Shown in pieces: positions 18,453 through 29,968 of a DNA stretch of 36,885 nt (position 1 is its first letter; every line of letters begins with the position of its first letter). The translations under genes and the position numbers were made by a program. The stretch is from Candidatus Aenigmatarchaeota archaeon (GTDB taxonomy: Archaea; Aenigmatarchaeota; Aenigmatarchaeia; GW2011-AR5): contig JAZDNV010000013.1 of the NCBI GenBank assembly GCA_043799385.1, forward strand, positions 1 to 36,885, in the 5' to 3' direction. The notes below the pieces were generated by a model. It was not told the origin of the DNA. It did not search any database and worked only from the letters and a program-made list of their open reading frames with translations.

Positions 18453-19358
18453 ATGAAAAAGCTCATATCATTTCTAGTACTGCTGATGATTGTTCCAATT
18501 ACTCACGCCAATCTGAATGAATGGAACATAGAAATTTCATTGAACGAGGACAAAACGACACAGTGGCAGGTGTCGCTGCTTTACAACGAGAACGTCACCA
18601 GAAGCGATTATTTCGTTCTTGCCAAGATAACCGGTGTCGAGGTTATGGCTGATGACAAATTTGTCGATTGCATCGTCTCGCGGAAAGAGGTAGGGACATC
18701 AATACTATGCGAAAACATCCATGCAGAGAGAGTCGTATACAGGTTCAGGGCAATCGACATGATATCTGATTTCAACAACAACTACCTTAAGGATTTCAAA
18801 TACAGGTTCTCTATAACCCAGATAACAGAAAAATTCTATCTGGTAATAAAACTGCCGCTAGGAGCAGGATTAGTCGAGGAATCGAAACTTGGCGAAACGG
18901 GACTGAAAACGTTCGAGCCTTCGTGGGGTAAAGAAGGTTCGGATGGCAGGAAGATTTTTATCACATGGGAATTAGAAAACCCGAAAATCGGAACGGGGAT
19001 TGATGCAAGAATAATATACGAGCAGCTATTTGAATTCAGCTTATTTCCAGTGATAATAATTTTTGCATTGATAGCAATTCTGCTAGTAGTATTATTTTTC
19101 TTCAGAAGAAAGACGATAAAGGATATGCTTCCTGTTCTTAATGAGGGTGAAAGAAAAATCATGGAAATATTGCTGAAAGAGCGGAAAGGGGTCGATCAGC
19201 GGATAATTGTCAAAGAAATGGATTATTCAAAGGCGAAGGTGTCGAGAATAATACAGAATCTCGGTGACCGCGGCCTAATTGAAAAAATAAGGAAGGGTAG
19301 AAGCAATGTCATCAAATATAAAAAAATTGAAAGAGAAAACATTGAAAAAAAGTCTTAA
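18453..19358 (+). CDS. Membrane-anchored winged-helix regulator with an extracellular domain
   Basis: Signal peptide MKKLISFLVLL (start 18453), beta-rich ectodomain, TM, then LNEGERKIMEIL...QRIIVKEMDYSKAKVSRIIQNLGDRGLIEKIRKGRSN. Confidence 0.85.
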   Translation: MKKLISFLVLLMIVPITHANLNEWNIEISLNEDKTTQWQVSLLYNENVTRSDYFVLAKITGVEVMADDKFVDCIVSRKEVGTSILCENIHAERVVYRFRAIDMISDFNNNYLKDFKYRFSITQITEKFYLVIKLPLGAGLVEESKLGETGLKTFEPSWGKEGSDGRKIFITWELENPKIGTGIDARIIYEQLFEFSLFPVIIIFALIAILLVVLFFFRRKTIKDMLPVLNEGERKIMEILLKERKGVDQRIIVKEMDYSKAKVSRIIQNLGDRGLIEKIRKGRSNVIKYKKIERENIEKKS

Positions 19359-19436
19359 AATGGCTAAAATTCAGTATTTGAACAATTAAAACCAATATAT
19401 TGTCATTATAAACTATATTGAACATTATTTTTTAGG

Positions 19437-19584
19437 GTGATACTATATAATGAAATAGTATCACGTCACCTTTATATACCGAAAATGGGCATATTATACC
19501 CACGTATTTGATAGGTAGCAAGTGCTATCTATTGATACTTGACTGGCCTCAAAAGGGCCTTGTAAAAAAATAGAGGATGAGAAA
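19437..19584 (+). promoter_or_regulatory. S-layer gene promoter: 10-8-10 palindrome, TATA box, structured 5' leader and SD
   Basis: GTGATACTAT-N8-ATAGTATCAC (19437-19464), TTTATATA (19471-19478), hairpin ATAGGTAGCA/TGCTATCTAT, and GAGGATGA before the ATG. Confidence 0.6.
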
Positions 19585-22323
19585 ATGCAATTAGGAAAAA
19601 TTTTAGCAGCAGGTTCCTTAGCAGCCTTAATGGCAGGATCAACCATTGCATTTGCAGCGACACTATCAGATTATCCGCAGCCATTCATCAAAAGTGATGG
19701 CACTGCAGATTTCCTGGTAGCAGTTGGTGCAACAGCAGACCCAGCTGACATAGTTGGTGCAATTGATACTGCAACAAGGTTGGGCGGGGAATCAACAACT
19801 GACTATACATGCACAGGATCATCCGGTGGAGTAACAGTAACAGGCGAAGGTAAAGCCTTAGCGACCGTCAACACAAAGCTATACGTAGACGATGCACTCA
19901 AAAAAGATGGTGCAAGATACACATTCACAAACACAGACCTGCCTGTACTATTGAAGGGCGGAACAGTATCAGACACAGACGCAAGTGACACATACAACTA
20001 CAACCAGTACATCGACTTTTCATCCAACTACAGCATAAACTATACGACTGTAGTAGGAAGTAGCGGTGTACAGACAGATCCAGCCTTAGTGATAAGGCCT
20101 GTGACAGGCACAAACCCAACAAATCCAGCCGCAGGAGACTACATGTATAGAACAAGAATTGTTTTTGAGAAACTAGTAAACACGTCTACAGCAAGAGGAG
20201 AGAAGATATCTCTCTTCGGAACTGACTACACAATATCAAGCGACACAAGCCAGACAATGGCAGGTACAACTGCTGACGAATTCGTATTATTCGGTTCAGC
20301 ACAAACAAAGGTATTCACTGGCGGACAGACTGTGACAGTAACAGTCGGTGGAGTCAACTATGACGTAACATTGTCCGGTGCATCAGCTGACACGACAGCA
20401 GTCGTGAACGTTGGTGGAAGCCAGGACAGTATAACAGAAGGACAGACAAAAACAATCGGTGGTTTGAAGGTCTATGCCGAAAAGGTATGGAGATTTTCAA
20501 CAACTGACCAGACACAGAACCAAGCTAAATTAGGTCTTGGTGCAGAGGAACTGGTATTCAAAGACAGCAGCAGAGTATACACAAACCGCGCAAGCCCATC
20601 TTACATCGATGGAACTTACGCAGACCTGATCGTCTCAGGTGGAAAGTTGTCAGGTATAAACCTATACGTAGCACTACCAAAGAGCACGATGAATATGAAG
20701 GTAGGTGAAACATTCACTGACCCTATATTCAAGACGTTCAAGGTAGCATACCCGTCAGCAACACCAGGGTTGACAGACTCTGCAAGAACAGTCATAGATG
20801 TTTTGGCATCTGGTGACAACGACTTGACATTGAAGACACAGAACGAAGCGGGAAAAGAAGCGACAATATACTGGTCGCACCAGGATTCGACTGAAAAGAC
20901 ATTCCCACAAGACAATTCAGGTAACTGGTACGTTTTAAAAGAAAACGACCCTGTATTCCTGAACCAATACATCATCCTTGACGCAGGTGATTTTTCACAC
21001 CTGTTGAAATTGTCAGGAATGAATGTAGACGGAACATCAAGTGGTTATGTACAATTCACGGACGTGTTCACAAGCACAGTTTACTCTGTGATATTGGGAA
21101 CAACAAATACGACAACCTGGTATCTAGACGGCCAAGCGTACTACATAAACGCTTCAAAGAGAACAGACGTGCCAACGGTAAACAACATAACAATAACATG
21201 GGGAGACGGTGCAGGTTTGACGACTGTCGGTAATGAATTGACAGTATGGCCTAAGATGAAATTGAAGGGAGGCGCATACATGGCAATCATGAACCAGTCA
21301 ATCATACCAGTCGCAAACGGCGTAAGATTGGTCTTCCCAACAGGAGTAGTAACACCAACAATATACACCGAGAGAAACGGTACTGTGATGATGAACTTGA
21401 CAGCATACACAGGTTCAACAGCAACATACACAGCCGCATGGAACATTGATCCAAACAACGCAACAGAAGGCAACGCAGGATTGTCAAGGTCATTGCTATT
21501 GGGTAAATCCTCAACCGGAGGGTTCTACTACAACTTGTCAAAGGGACCGACAAACGCAACATTGACAGTAACAGCAGCAGGTGCAACAAGCGCGGTAAGA
21601 CCAACAGCAGGAAACGCTGAGGTATCTGTAATCGTCATCGAAGAGCAGGAAAAAGCCGGTGACGTTTACTCGATATGGTTCAACGCAACCGCAGAGACAA
21701 GCGGGTCTGTTGTCCAAGCAGCAGTTGGTGTACCAGCATTCACATACACAAGAACTGTTGGAACAGCATTGCTGTCAAGCGGAAACACCTACAAGACACA
21801 ATATGTTGACTTGTACGGTACTTTCGCAGAAAGAGACACATACCAGCAAGACAAGTTGAAGATCTATTATCCAGACGAGCAGATGACAAACGATGTCTAC
21901 GTTTTGGGTAAGGATGCAACAATATCAACAACCGCAGCAGTAGCAGGCGCAAGTGTCAAACAAGTTTCGCCAATAAAGACATCAGTAGCAAAATTGGACA
22001 AGGATATAGGAGACACAGAGAAAAACACAAAGAACCTCATTTTAGTCGGAGGTCCTTGTGCAAACACATTGGTGAGAACTTTGTTGAATAGCACGTTGTC
22101 GACCTGTGTAAGTGACTTTGAAGGAAAAGGTTACACAGCTGGTTCAGCAATGATAAAGTTGGTTAACGACGCATTTGTCGCAGGAAAATCAGCTTTGATT
22201 GTTGCTGGTTATAACGCAGCAGACACAGTGAAGGCATGCGGCATTCTGCAGAGCTATGACAGCTACAGCCTGACAGGAACTGAAGCCAAGGTTGTTGACA
22301 CAACTGTAACTCAGGTTGCATAA
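19585..22323 (+). CDS. Major S-layer protein (Methanococcales-type N- and C-terminal domains)
   Basis: LSDYPQPF...VAVGATADPADIVGAID N-terminus; VAKLD...NLILVGGPCANTLV...ALIVAGYNAADT C-terminus; Thr-rich, many N-x-S/T sequons, strong ACA/GCA codon bias. Confidence 0.92.
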   Translation: MQLGKILAAGSLAALMAGSTIAFAATLSDYPQPFIKSDGTADFLVAVGATADPADIVGAIDTATRLGGESTTDYTCTGSSGGVTVTGEGKALATVNTKLYVDDALKKDGARYTFTNTDLPVLLKGGTVSDTDASDTYNYNQYIDFSSNYSINYTTVVGSSGVQTDPALVIRPVTGTNPTNPAAGDYMYRTRIVFEKLVNTSTARGEKISLFGTDYTISSDTSQTMAGTTADEFVLFGSAQTKVFTGGQTVTVTVGGVNYDVTLSGASADTTAVVNVGGSQDSITEGQTKTIGGLKVYAEKVWRFSTTDQTQNQAKLGLGAEELVFKDSSRVYTNRASPSYIDGTYADLIVSGGKLSGINLYVALPKSTMNMKVGETFTDPIFKTFKVAYPSATPGLTDSARTVIDVLASGDNDLTLKTQNEAGKEATIYWSHQDSTEKTFPQDNSGNWYVLKENDPVFLNQYIILDAGDFSHLLKLSGMNVDGTSSGYVQFTDVFTSTVYSVILGTTNTTTWYLDGQAYYINASKRTDVPTVNNITITWGDGAGLTTVGNELTVWPKMKLKGGAYMAIMNQSIIPVANGVRLVFPTGVVTPTIYTERNGTVMMNLTAYTGSTATYTAAWNIDPNNATEGNAGLSRSLLLGKSSTGGFYYNLSKGPTNATLTVTAAGATSAVRPTAGNAEVSVIVIEEQEKAGDVYSIWFNATAETSGSVVQAAVGVPAFTYTRTVGTALLSSGNTYKTQYVDLYGTFAERDTYQQDKLKIYYPDEQMTNDVYVLGKDATISTTAAVAGASVKQVSPIKTSVAKLDKDIGDTEKNTKNLILVGGPCANTLVRTLLNSTLSTCVSDFEGKGYTAGSAMIKLVNDAFVAGKSALIVAGYNAADTVKACGILQSYDSYSLTGTEAKVVDTTVTQVA

Positions 22324-22335
22324 GAAAAATAGAAA

Positions 22336-22380
22336 CTTTTTTCTTTTTTTTATTTTTTATTTTTATATTAACTTTTTCTG
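22336..22380 (+). terminator. Oligo-T archaeal terminator after the S-layer gene
   Basis: Consecutive T tracts immediately after the stop codon. Confidence 0.6.
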
Positions 22381-22453
22381 ACATGAGTATTTCTAAATTT
22401 ATTGAATGATATTGGTTCAACTAAAATTTAATTAATAAAACAAAAAATAAAAA

Positions 22454-23197
22454 TCACTGCACTAACCAACCGCCGTCGACAAATATTGTCATTCCATTGA
22501 CATATTCTGACTCGTCTGACGCAAGATAAACAGCTGCTGCTGCTATGTCCTCTGGCTGGCCTACTCTACCAAGAGGTACTGCAGCCAGTAATCCTTTTTT
22601 CATCTCTTTATTTTCCATGAAATCTTTTGTCATGTTTGTTTCTATCACTCCAGGTCCTATCGCATTTATGTTTATCTTCTTTGGCGCGAATTCCAAAGCA
22701 AGTTCTCTAGTCAAATTTATTATTCCTCCCTTTGAGGCACAATAAGCTGAAGAAGCTGCAAAACCCACCTGACCGGCTATCGAAGCTATACTAATCACTT
22801 TACCTTTTCCTTGCTTCAGCATTTCAGGTATCGCTCTTTTTGTACAAAGAAAAACAGACTTCAGATTCACATCCAAAACCCTGTCCCATTCCTGTTCTGT
22901 TGTATCCAAAAATGGTTTTTGCACATAGATTCCTGCGTTGTTCACCAAAATATCTAGCTTACCGAATTTATTCACTGCGGTGTTCACCATTGAATCCACG
23001 TCCTTAGCGCTGGATACGTCTGTCTTCACTGCGATTGCCTTATCACTGCCTATCTCCTCTGCAACCTTTTCTGCACCATCAAGATTCATATCAGCTACAA
23101 CCACATTAGCGCCTTCTTTTGCGAAGCGGATTGCTATGCCACGACCGATTCCAGAAGCAGCGCCAGTCACTATCGCGACTTTGCCCTTTAGTTTCAT
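22454..23197 (-). CDS. Short-chain dehydrogenase/reductase (classical SDR)
   Basis: [24 protein letters not shown]. Confidence 0.95.
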   Translation of the reverse strand: MKLKGKVAIVTGAASGIGRGIAIRFAKEGANVVVADMNLDGAEKVAEEIGSDKAIAVKTDVSSAKDVDSMVNTAVNKFGKLDILVNNAGIYVQKPFLDTTEQEWDRVLDVNLKSVFLCTKRAIPEMLKQGKGKVISIASIAGQVGFAASSAYCASKGGIINLTRELALEFAPKKININAIGPGVIETNMTKDFMENKEMKKGLLAAVPLGRVGQPEDIAAAAVYLASDESEYVNGMTIFVDGGWLVQ

Positions 23198-23245
23198 TCA
23201 ACCACCTATATAGATATTGTGAAGCCTGCTTTTAAAATTATAGAA

Positions 23246-23887
23246 TCAGAAACCTGACAGTAATTCTTCCAGTTTCTCTTCCGGGTTCTCGGCCTTGACA
23301 ACTGCTGTTGCAAGAATGATGCCAGAACACCCAAGTTCCATTGCTTTTTTCACATCATTACCATCTGCTATACCTGCGCCACACAGCACTGGAATATCAT
23401 TTATCGCATTCACTCGTCTGATCGTTTCTGTTATCACCTCTGGCTTTACCTTGCTAACGCTTACAAGTGTTCCAATCAATTCGGGCGGCTCTATTGCTAT
23501 ATAATCAGGAAGGAACGCTGCAATTTTCTCAGCCAATTCTGGATTTTCTGCACACACGGTGGAAATCAAGCCAACTCTCTTACAGACATCGATACATTTT
23601 TTTATAATTTCGATATCACAGCGATCTTCTGCATGGTTTATCAGAACGCCTTTTGCTCCGTTCTCCTTCAGGCACTCGGCCAAGTCTTTGCCAGTGTTGG
23701 CGCCATATAATATAGGGTCTACATGCTGGGCAAAGACGTTCTTCATTACACGGCTAACGCGGAATAAATCAGCGTTCTGGACGGCAATAAAAACATCATA
23801 ATCCTTGAACTTCTCAGCGAGCTTCTCTGCACTCACTCCTGTCGACTCTCTATACGTCTTTAGATTCACGATGAATAACTTTTTCAT
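23246..23887 (-). CDS. tpiA: Triosephosphate isomerase, archaeal type
   Basis: NLKTY, AQHVDP, LINHAE, EPPELIG, LCGAGI. Confidence 0.95.
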   Translation of the reverse strand: MKKLFIVNLKTYRESTGVSAEKLAEKFKDYDVFIAVQNADLFRVSRVMKNVFAQHVDPILYGANTGKDLAECLKENGAKGVLINHAEDRCDIEIIKKCIDVCKRVGLISTVCAENPELAEKIAAFLPDYIAIEPPELIGTLVSVSKVKPEVITETIRRVNAINDIPVLCGAGIADGNDVKKAMELGCSGIILATAVVKAENPEEKLEELLSGF

Positions 23888-24723
23888 ATCTTACCAGCTG
23901 AGCCAAAAAGCTCGATTTTTTTCTTTACGACATCCTTTACCGCTTCAATCGCGGCAGGGAATATCTTGTACGGCACGGTTTCATCCTTCTTTAGTTCATC
24001 GCGCAACGCTGTAACGAACGCCAGTCGCAGCTCTGTGTTTATGTTAACCTTTGCGATGCCGCTCTTTATCGCCCTTCTTATATCGTTATCCGCAATTCCA
24101 GAACCGCCATGCAATGCCATCGGTATTTTTAATTTATTCAGCTCATTCAGCCTGTTGAAATCCAGCACTTTCTTTTTTTGGGAAAGGCCATGATAATTGC
24201 CTATCGATACGGCAAGAACATTGATTCCTGTTTTTTTCACGAATTCCTTTGCCATTTTCGGGTCTGTTAAATCTTCCTCTTTTATCTCTACATTTTTATG
24301 CAACGTCGATGAACCTATTATCCTTCCGAGCTCGCCCTCAACGTTGATATTAGTCCTATGGGCGATTTTTGCTGCATTTTTTGTGATTCTGATATTCTCC
24401 CCAAACCGCATGTTCGACCCATCCAGATGAACAGACGTGTAGCCGGCATTGATGCAATCACGAACCATTTGCAGCGATTTTCCGTGATCCAGGTGCAATG
24501 CAAGCGGTATTTTTTCCATGATTGCCTTCAGAATAGCGGCAACATAATTTATTCCTGCATACTTCGCCTCGCCTTCACTTGTAGAAATAATGACAGGAGC
24601 ATGCATCTCGTTAGCCGCAGCTACTATCGCTTTAGTAATCTCCAGATTACACGTGTTGAACGCACCGATTGCATAGCCTCCACGATAGGCACTTAGTAGC
24701 ATCGCCTTGCTGCCAACTAGCAT
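23884..24723 (-). CDS. fba: Class II fructose-bisphosphate aldolase
   Basis: AIGAFN, HLDHG, VEGELG, GNYHG, LHGGSG, KVNINTE; start taken at 24723. Confidence 0.93.
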   Translation of the reverse strand: MLVGSKAMLLSAYRGGYAIGAFNTCNLEITKAIVAAANEMHAPVIISTSEGEAKYAGINYVAAILKAIMEKIPLALHLDHGKSLQMVRDCINAGYTSVHLDGSNMRFGENIRITKNAAKIAHRTNINVEGELGRIIGSSTLHKNVEIKEEDLTDPKMAKEFVKKTGINVLAVSIGNYHGLSQKKKVLDFNRLNELNKLKIPMALHGGSGIADNDIRRAIKSGIAKVNINTELRLAFVTALRDELKKDETVPYKIFPAAIEAVKDVVKKKIELFGSAGKI

Positions 24724-24763
24724 AATATTAATTATGGATTCAAGGTATAAAAACAATCTATAT

Positions 24764-26071
24764 TCACTTTATCCTATACGAATTCTCAGCCAGGAAGATA
24801 GAAGCAGAGACTATGTCGCCGAGACCGACAACATGCCTGCTCTCTTTTGCCATGCGGTTTGGTACAATTATGATAGTCTCGTCATCTGTCTCAGCAACGC
24901 CATCTCTCATAGCAATCCCTTTCTTTTTCAGGAATCTTGTAAGCTCTGCCATCTTTTTCATGCCAAGTGCAGATATGGGAACATTTAATCCATTTTTTAT
25001 GTCATCAAAGCATTTTATTTCTCCGACTGCTTTGGCTGCTGTTGCGATTGTGGCAAATTCCAATGACTTTTTTATCTCATCGTTGCTGAGATAATCTTTT
25101 CTGCACACGGCAAGGAAATAGCCTTTTCGATGGAAGTGAACCTTTCTTGTTTTAGATTTTTTCAAAATCTTTTGCAGGCCGAGAAAAACCGAGGCGATGT
25201 CATCTCTTGCAACCTTTTCTGCCAGATTTTTCTCTTTTAGCAGCTCTAATGTATCAATCAGCTCAGGACCATCCAGGCCGATGCTGTCAACTAGAGGCGT
25301 TATTCGTCTTATCATGTATCGCTTTATTTTTTCGTTCTTTGTGAAGACGAACTCGATGTGCACAGGCTTCCTGTTTCGTTTTAACTCTCTAAGTGTTTCT
25401 TCTGCTATCTTCAGCTGATCACTGTACGTTGTTCCGTCTTTGTATTTGTTCCTGATATTCTGTAATCCGGAGAACAGGGCAAAATCTATTTTTCCAACAG
25501 GTATTTTTATATTCCTTAACCGGTATTCGTCCAAACGCGAAGCAGCAATGAATCTGGTTTTTCCTTTCGCCGTTATACCGAATAATTTCTCGCCTTCATC
25601 GAACTCGAAAATCCAGTTTGTCTTTTTCCTGTCATTCCTTGCTGATGCTTTTGGATGTTTTAACCGTGGTAGAAGAATTACCTTATCATTGAAAAGCGAG
25701 CACTGCTCTCTTGAAAGAAGCGGCGTAAAGACTATTGACTGAACGCCCAGCGATGACAAGAAGTTCGCCATTATACCTGCCTGGCCGCCCATCCTTTTCT
25801 CTCTATGGATAAAATTCATTGCCATCCAATTCTGCATCTCTTCGTTCATTCGTAATTCCAGACCTTCTCCTTTGCTCATTGAATATAATAATCCGGCAAA
25901 GAAATCGTCCACGGTTTTTATCTCATTCGGCAATTTCTTAAACGGCTTGTATTTCCACAACCTTTCCATATCTTTGCTGATGTGAACTATGCTGTCTATG
26001 TTGGAGTTGTACGCAAGAAAGGCACCTTTGATGCTTTTGATATTATTCTTCACGTCTTCAAGCACAGGCAT
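24764..26071 (-). CDS. ADP-dependent glucokinase/phosphofructokinase
   Basis: AYNSNID, RMGGQAGIMAN, NWIFEF, RFIAASR, HIEF, VGLGDIVSA. Confidence 0.9.
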   Translation of the reverse strand: MPVLEDVKNNIKSIKGAFLAYNSNIDSIVHISKDMERLWKYKPFKKLPNEIKTVDDFFAGLLYSMSKGEGLELRMNEEMQNWMAMNFIHREKRMGGQAGIMANFLSSLGVQSIVFTPLLSREQCSLFNDKVILLPRLKHPKASARNDRKKTNWIFEFDEGEKLFGITAKGKTRFIAASRLDEYRLRNIKIPVGKIDFALFSGLQNIRNKYKDGTTYSDQLKIAEETLRELKRNRKPVHIEFVFTKNEKIKRYMIRRITPLVDSIGLDGPELIDTLELLKEKNLAEKVARDDIASVFLGLQKILKKSKTRKVHFHRKGYFLAVCRKDYLSNDEIKKSLEFATIATAAKAVGEIKCFDDIKNGLNVPISALGMKKMAELTRFLKKKGIAMRDGVAETDDETIIIVPNRMAKESRHVVGLGDIVSASIFLAENSYRIK

Positions 26072-26088
26072 AACAATATTTATTATCC

Positions 26089-26547
26089 ATGACTAATAAG
26101 ATTATGATTGCGTTATTTCCAGGGCGTTTTCAGCCACTGCACAGAGGGCATCTGCACGCCATAAAATCGGTACTGAAGAAATTCGATAAAGTAGTGATAA
26201 TGATAGGCAGCATAAACAAAAGTGATGAAAATAACCCCTACTCTTTTTTAAAGAGGAAGAAAATGCTGAACGCCGCGTTGAAAAAATACAAAAACCGCTA
26301 CAGAATTATAGGAATAGCAGATATCGATGACAACAAATGGACTAAAGCAGTAAATAAGGCAAAATTCGACGTAGTTGTCACAGGCAACTCTTGGGTAAAA
26401 AAATGCCTGAGAGGCTTCAAGACGATTAAACCTAGCCTACTGAAACCAAAGACTTACAACGCCACAAGAATTCGATATTTGATGAAAAACGGAAAAAAAT
26501 GGCAGCACCTAGTTCCGAAAGAGATTCTCACGATTATTGAATACTAA
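26089..26547 (+). CDS. Nicotinamide-nucleotide adenylyltransferase (NadM-like)
   Basis: GRFQPLHRGH, IGS...NPYS, ATRIR, WQHLVP. Confidence 0.85.
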   Translation: MTNKIMIALFPGRFQPLHRGHLHAIKSVLKKFDKVVIMIGSINKSDENNPYSFLKRKKMLNAALKKYKNRYRIIGIADIDDNKWTKAVNKAKFDVVVTGNSWVKKCLRGFKTIKPSLLKPKTYNATRIRYLMKNGKKWQHLVPKEILTIIEY

Positions 26548-26568
26548 ACAATACCAGTCGTCCGTTTT

Positions 26569-26817
26569 TCACTTGAACTTTTTTGCAGCCCAATTGTATA
26601 CACAGGCAAAGACATAACCGAAGATATATGAGAATACAAGACAGCTGACAAGCGCATATATCATTAGGCTCCAGTTAGTCCAAAAGCTTGGATAAACTAA
26701 ATTCATCACAGAAGGCTCCTTCAAAAGTCCGTGCCAGATGTACGCTACCAAATCAAAAATTAGCGCAATTATCGCAAACGTCGCTGCTAAGACTTTGGGG
26801 TTTAGTTTTTCTGCCAT
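26569..26817 (-). CDS. Small two-TM membrane protein (DUF5676-like)
   Basis: Two TM helices ending in GYVFACVYNW. Confidence 0.7.
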   Translation of the reverse strand: MAEKLNPKVLAATFAIIALIFDLVAYIWHGLLKEPSVMNLVYPSFWTNWSLMIYALVSCLVFSYIFGYVFACVYNWAAKKFK

Positions 26818-26839
26818 TTTTTAATTTTCTTTTTCTGAG

Positions 26840-27676
26840 TTAATAAAGTTTTATCACTTCAGAAATCTTTTCTATCAGATCACTGGCAAGCAATGATTGC
26901 TTTTTCTCCTTTGCCGCAAGGTCGCCAGCTGCGCCATTAATATAAGCAGCTGCGCAGGCGGCGTCAAATACGTTAATGCCTTGCGCCAGAAGAGAACCGC
27001 ATATTCCTGCCAGTGTATCGCCTGTTCCTCCTTTAGTCATGTACGGGTTGCCTGTTTTGTTCATTTCGGTTTTCCTGCCGTCTGATATCACATCGACAAA
27101 GCCCTTGAGAAGAATCGTGCAGCCAAGCTCTTTTGCAATCTTTTGGACAAATTCCTCTCTTCTGCTTATATTCCTTCTGAGCTTTATTCCGGATAACGCA
27201 AAAAATTCCCTGGTGTGCGGAGTGATTAAGTGATTGCTCTTTATCGCTTTCTTGTTTTTAGCGACTGCATGAATTGCGTCAGCATCTATCACGCATGGAA
27301 TGTCCGTTCTTTTAAGAAATTCGTCTACTGTCATCATCGTCTCAATGTCGCGGCCTAGGCCGCCACCGACGACGACTGCTGCCTTCTTTTCTGCTAACTT
27401 CAGAAGATCGTTCAAATGCTCCCTTCTCAGAAAATCGCCTTTCAGCGGATAGGTTATCAAATCAGGGCTATAGGAGGCGATTATATTTGCTGCTCGCTCT
27501 GGCGCGACCACTGTAACTAAATCGCAGCCGCTACGCAAAGCAGCCAAGGCATTGAACGTCGGCGAGCCATGATACGATTTGCTGCCACCGACGACGAGCA
27601 GCGAGCCGAAATCGTATTTGCAGCTCCAGTCATCCCTTTTTTTATAGACCTTTTTCAGTATTGCCTTTGATATCAT
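26840..27676 (-). CDS. nnrD: NAD(P)H-hydrate dehydratase (YjeF C-terminal domain, stand-alone)
   Basis: VGGS..YHGSP, GGGLG, IDADA, ITPHTREF, LLKG, GNPYMTKGGTGDTLAG. Confidence 0.92.
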   Translation of the reverse strand: MISKAILKKVYKKRDDWSCKYDFGSLLVVGGSKSYHGSPTFNALAALRSGCDLVTVVAPERAANIIASYSPDLITYPLKGDFLRREHLNDLLKLAEKKAAVVVGGGLGRDIETMMTVDEFLKRTDIPCVIDADAIHAVAKNKKAIKSNHLITPHTREFFALSGIKLRRNISRREEFVQKIAKELGCTILLKGFVDVISDGRKTEMNKTGNPYMTKGGTGDTLAGICGSLLAQGINVFDAACAAAYINGAAGDLAAKEKKQSLLASDLIEKISEVIKLY

Positions 27677-27732
27677 AATTAAATCTTGTCACAATGAAAT
27701 AAAAAGTTTTAATCCGAATAAATCAAATATAA

Positions 27733-28725
<993 letters not shown>

Positions 28726-28767
28726 AATTCACTGCTCTTTTCAATATCCGCAAAATTGTGATTGAAA

Positions 28768-29931
28768 ATGAAAACGATGGATGATTTTGACTTCTATGGG
28801 AAAAGAGTATTGCTACGTGTAGACATAAACTCGCCTGTCGTCGATTACGTTATACAGGACTCGTCAAGAATCAAGGCGCATGCAAATACCGTCAGGGAAT
28901 TGATGAATATGGGTGCAAAGGTGATAATTCTCGCCCATCAGGGTCGTCCAGGCGACAAGGATTATACGAACCTTGAGCAGCACGCAAAACTACTGAGCGA
29001 GCATGCCGGCAGGCATGTTACTTTCGTGGATGATGTCTACGGAAAGAAGGCGTTGGGAAGCATAAGGGGGTTGAAGAACGGCAGTGCCATTCTTCTTGAT
29101 AACGTACGCTCGGTTAAAGAAGAATTGGAAAAGCTAAGCCCGGTGGAATTCGCAAAAACAGATTTCATAAAAACCCTCAGCGGCGAGGCAGATGTTTATG
29201 TTAACGATGCGCTGGCCATTTCGCATAGGGCTAACGCTTCTGTGGTAGGCTTTATCGATTTGCCGTGCATAGCAGGCAGGGTCATCGAAACTGAGCTAAA
29301 CGCATTGAAGCGGGTGGAAAACCCGGAAAAGCCATTGACGCTGATATTGGGCGGCAAAAAACCAGAGGACAGATTAAAGTTGGTGAAGAAGGGATATTAC
29401 GATAATGTCCTCACAGGCGGCGTCCTGGCTAACATGTTCCTGGTCGCCAGGGGTTATAATCTAGGAAAGAGCGGTGAATTCATAGAAAATAATTACAAAG
29501 GATTTTTACCCACAGTAAAAGAACTCGAGAATGGTGGAATTAAAACTCCTGTGGATATCGCATTTGACGATAATGGAAGAAAAGAGATCGGAATTGACGG
29601 TTTGCCGATAGAAAAATACATAGAGGATATAGGCTCAAGGACGATAACTGAATACAAGAACGTTATAGCAGATAGCAGAACGATTTTTGTTGGTGGAACA
29701 ATGGGCGTGACAGAAAATAAGAGCATGCAGAAGGGGACGATGGAAATACTGAGGGCTGTCGCTGATTCCAACGCTTTTTCCGTTGTAGGTGGTGGCCATT
29801 CCGGCGACGCAATAGAAGAGTTCGGCATACCAAAGGGTAGGATTTCTTATGTCAGCCTGTCCGGCGGCGCGCTATTCGCATACCTTGCGGGCGAAAAACT
29901 GCCTGGATTAGAGGCGTTGAAGTATTATTAG
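28768..29931 (+). CDS. pgk: Phosphoglycerate kinase
   Basis: LRVDINSP, AHQGRPG, LLDNVR, VNDA...HR, GGGH, SLSGGA. Confidence 0.95.
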   Translation: MKTMDDFDFYGKRVLLRVDINSPVVDYVIQDSSRIKAHANTVRELMNMGAKVIILAHQGRPGDKDYTNLEQHAKLLSEHAGRHVTFVDDVYGKKALGSIRGLKNGSAILLDNVRSVKEELEKLSPVEFAKTDFIKTLSGEADVYVNDALAISHRANASVVGFIDLPCIAGRVIETELNALKRVENPEKPLTLILGGKKPEDRLKLVKKGYYDNVLTGGVLANMFLVARGYNLGKSGEFIENNYKGFLPTVKELENGGIKTPVDIAFDDNGRKEIGIDGLPIEKYIEDIGSRTITEYKNVIADSRTIFVGGTMGVTENKSMQKGTMEILRAVADSNAFSVVGGGHSGDAIEEFGIPKGRISYVSLSGGALFAYLAGEKLPGLEALKYY

Positions 29932-29968
29932 TGTTAGCTTAATATCTCTCTTTTCCTATTAATTAAAT

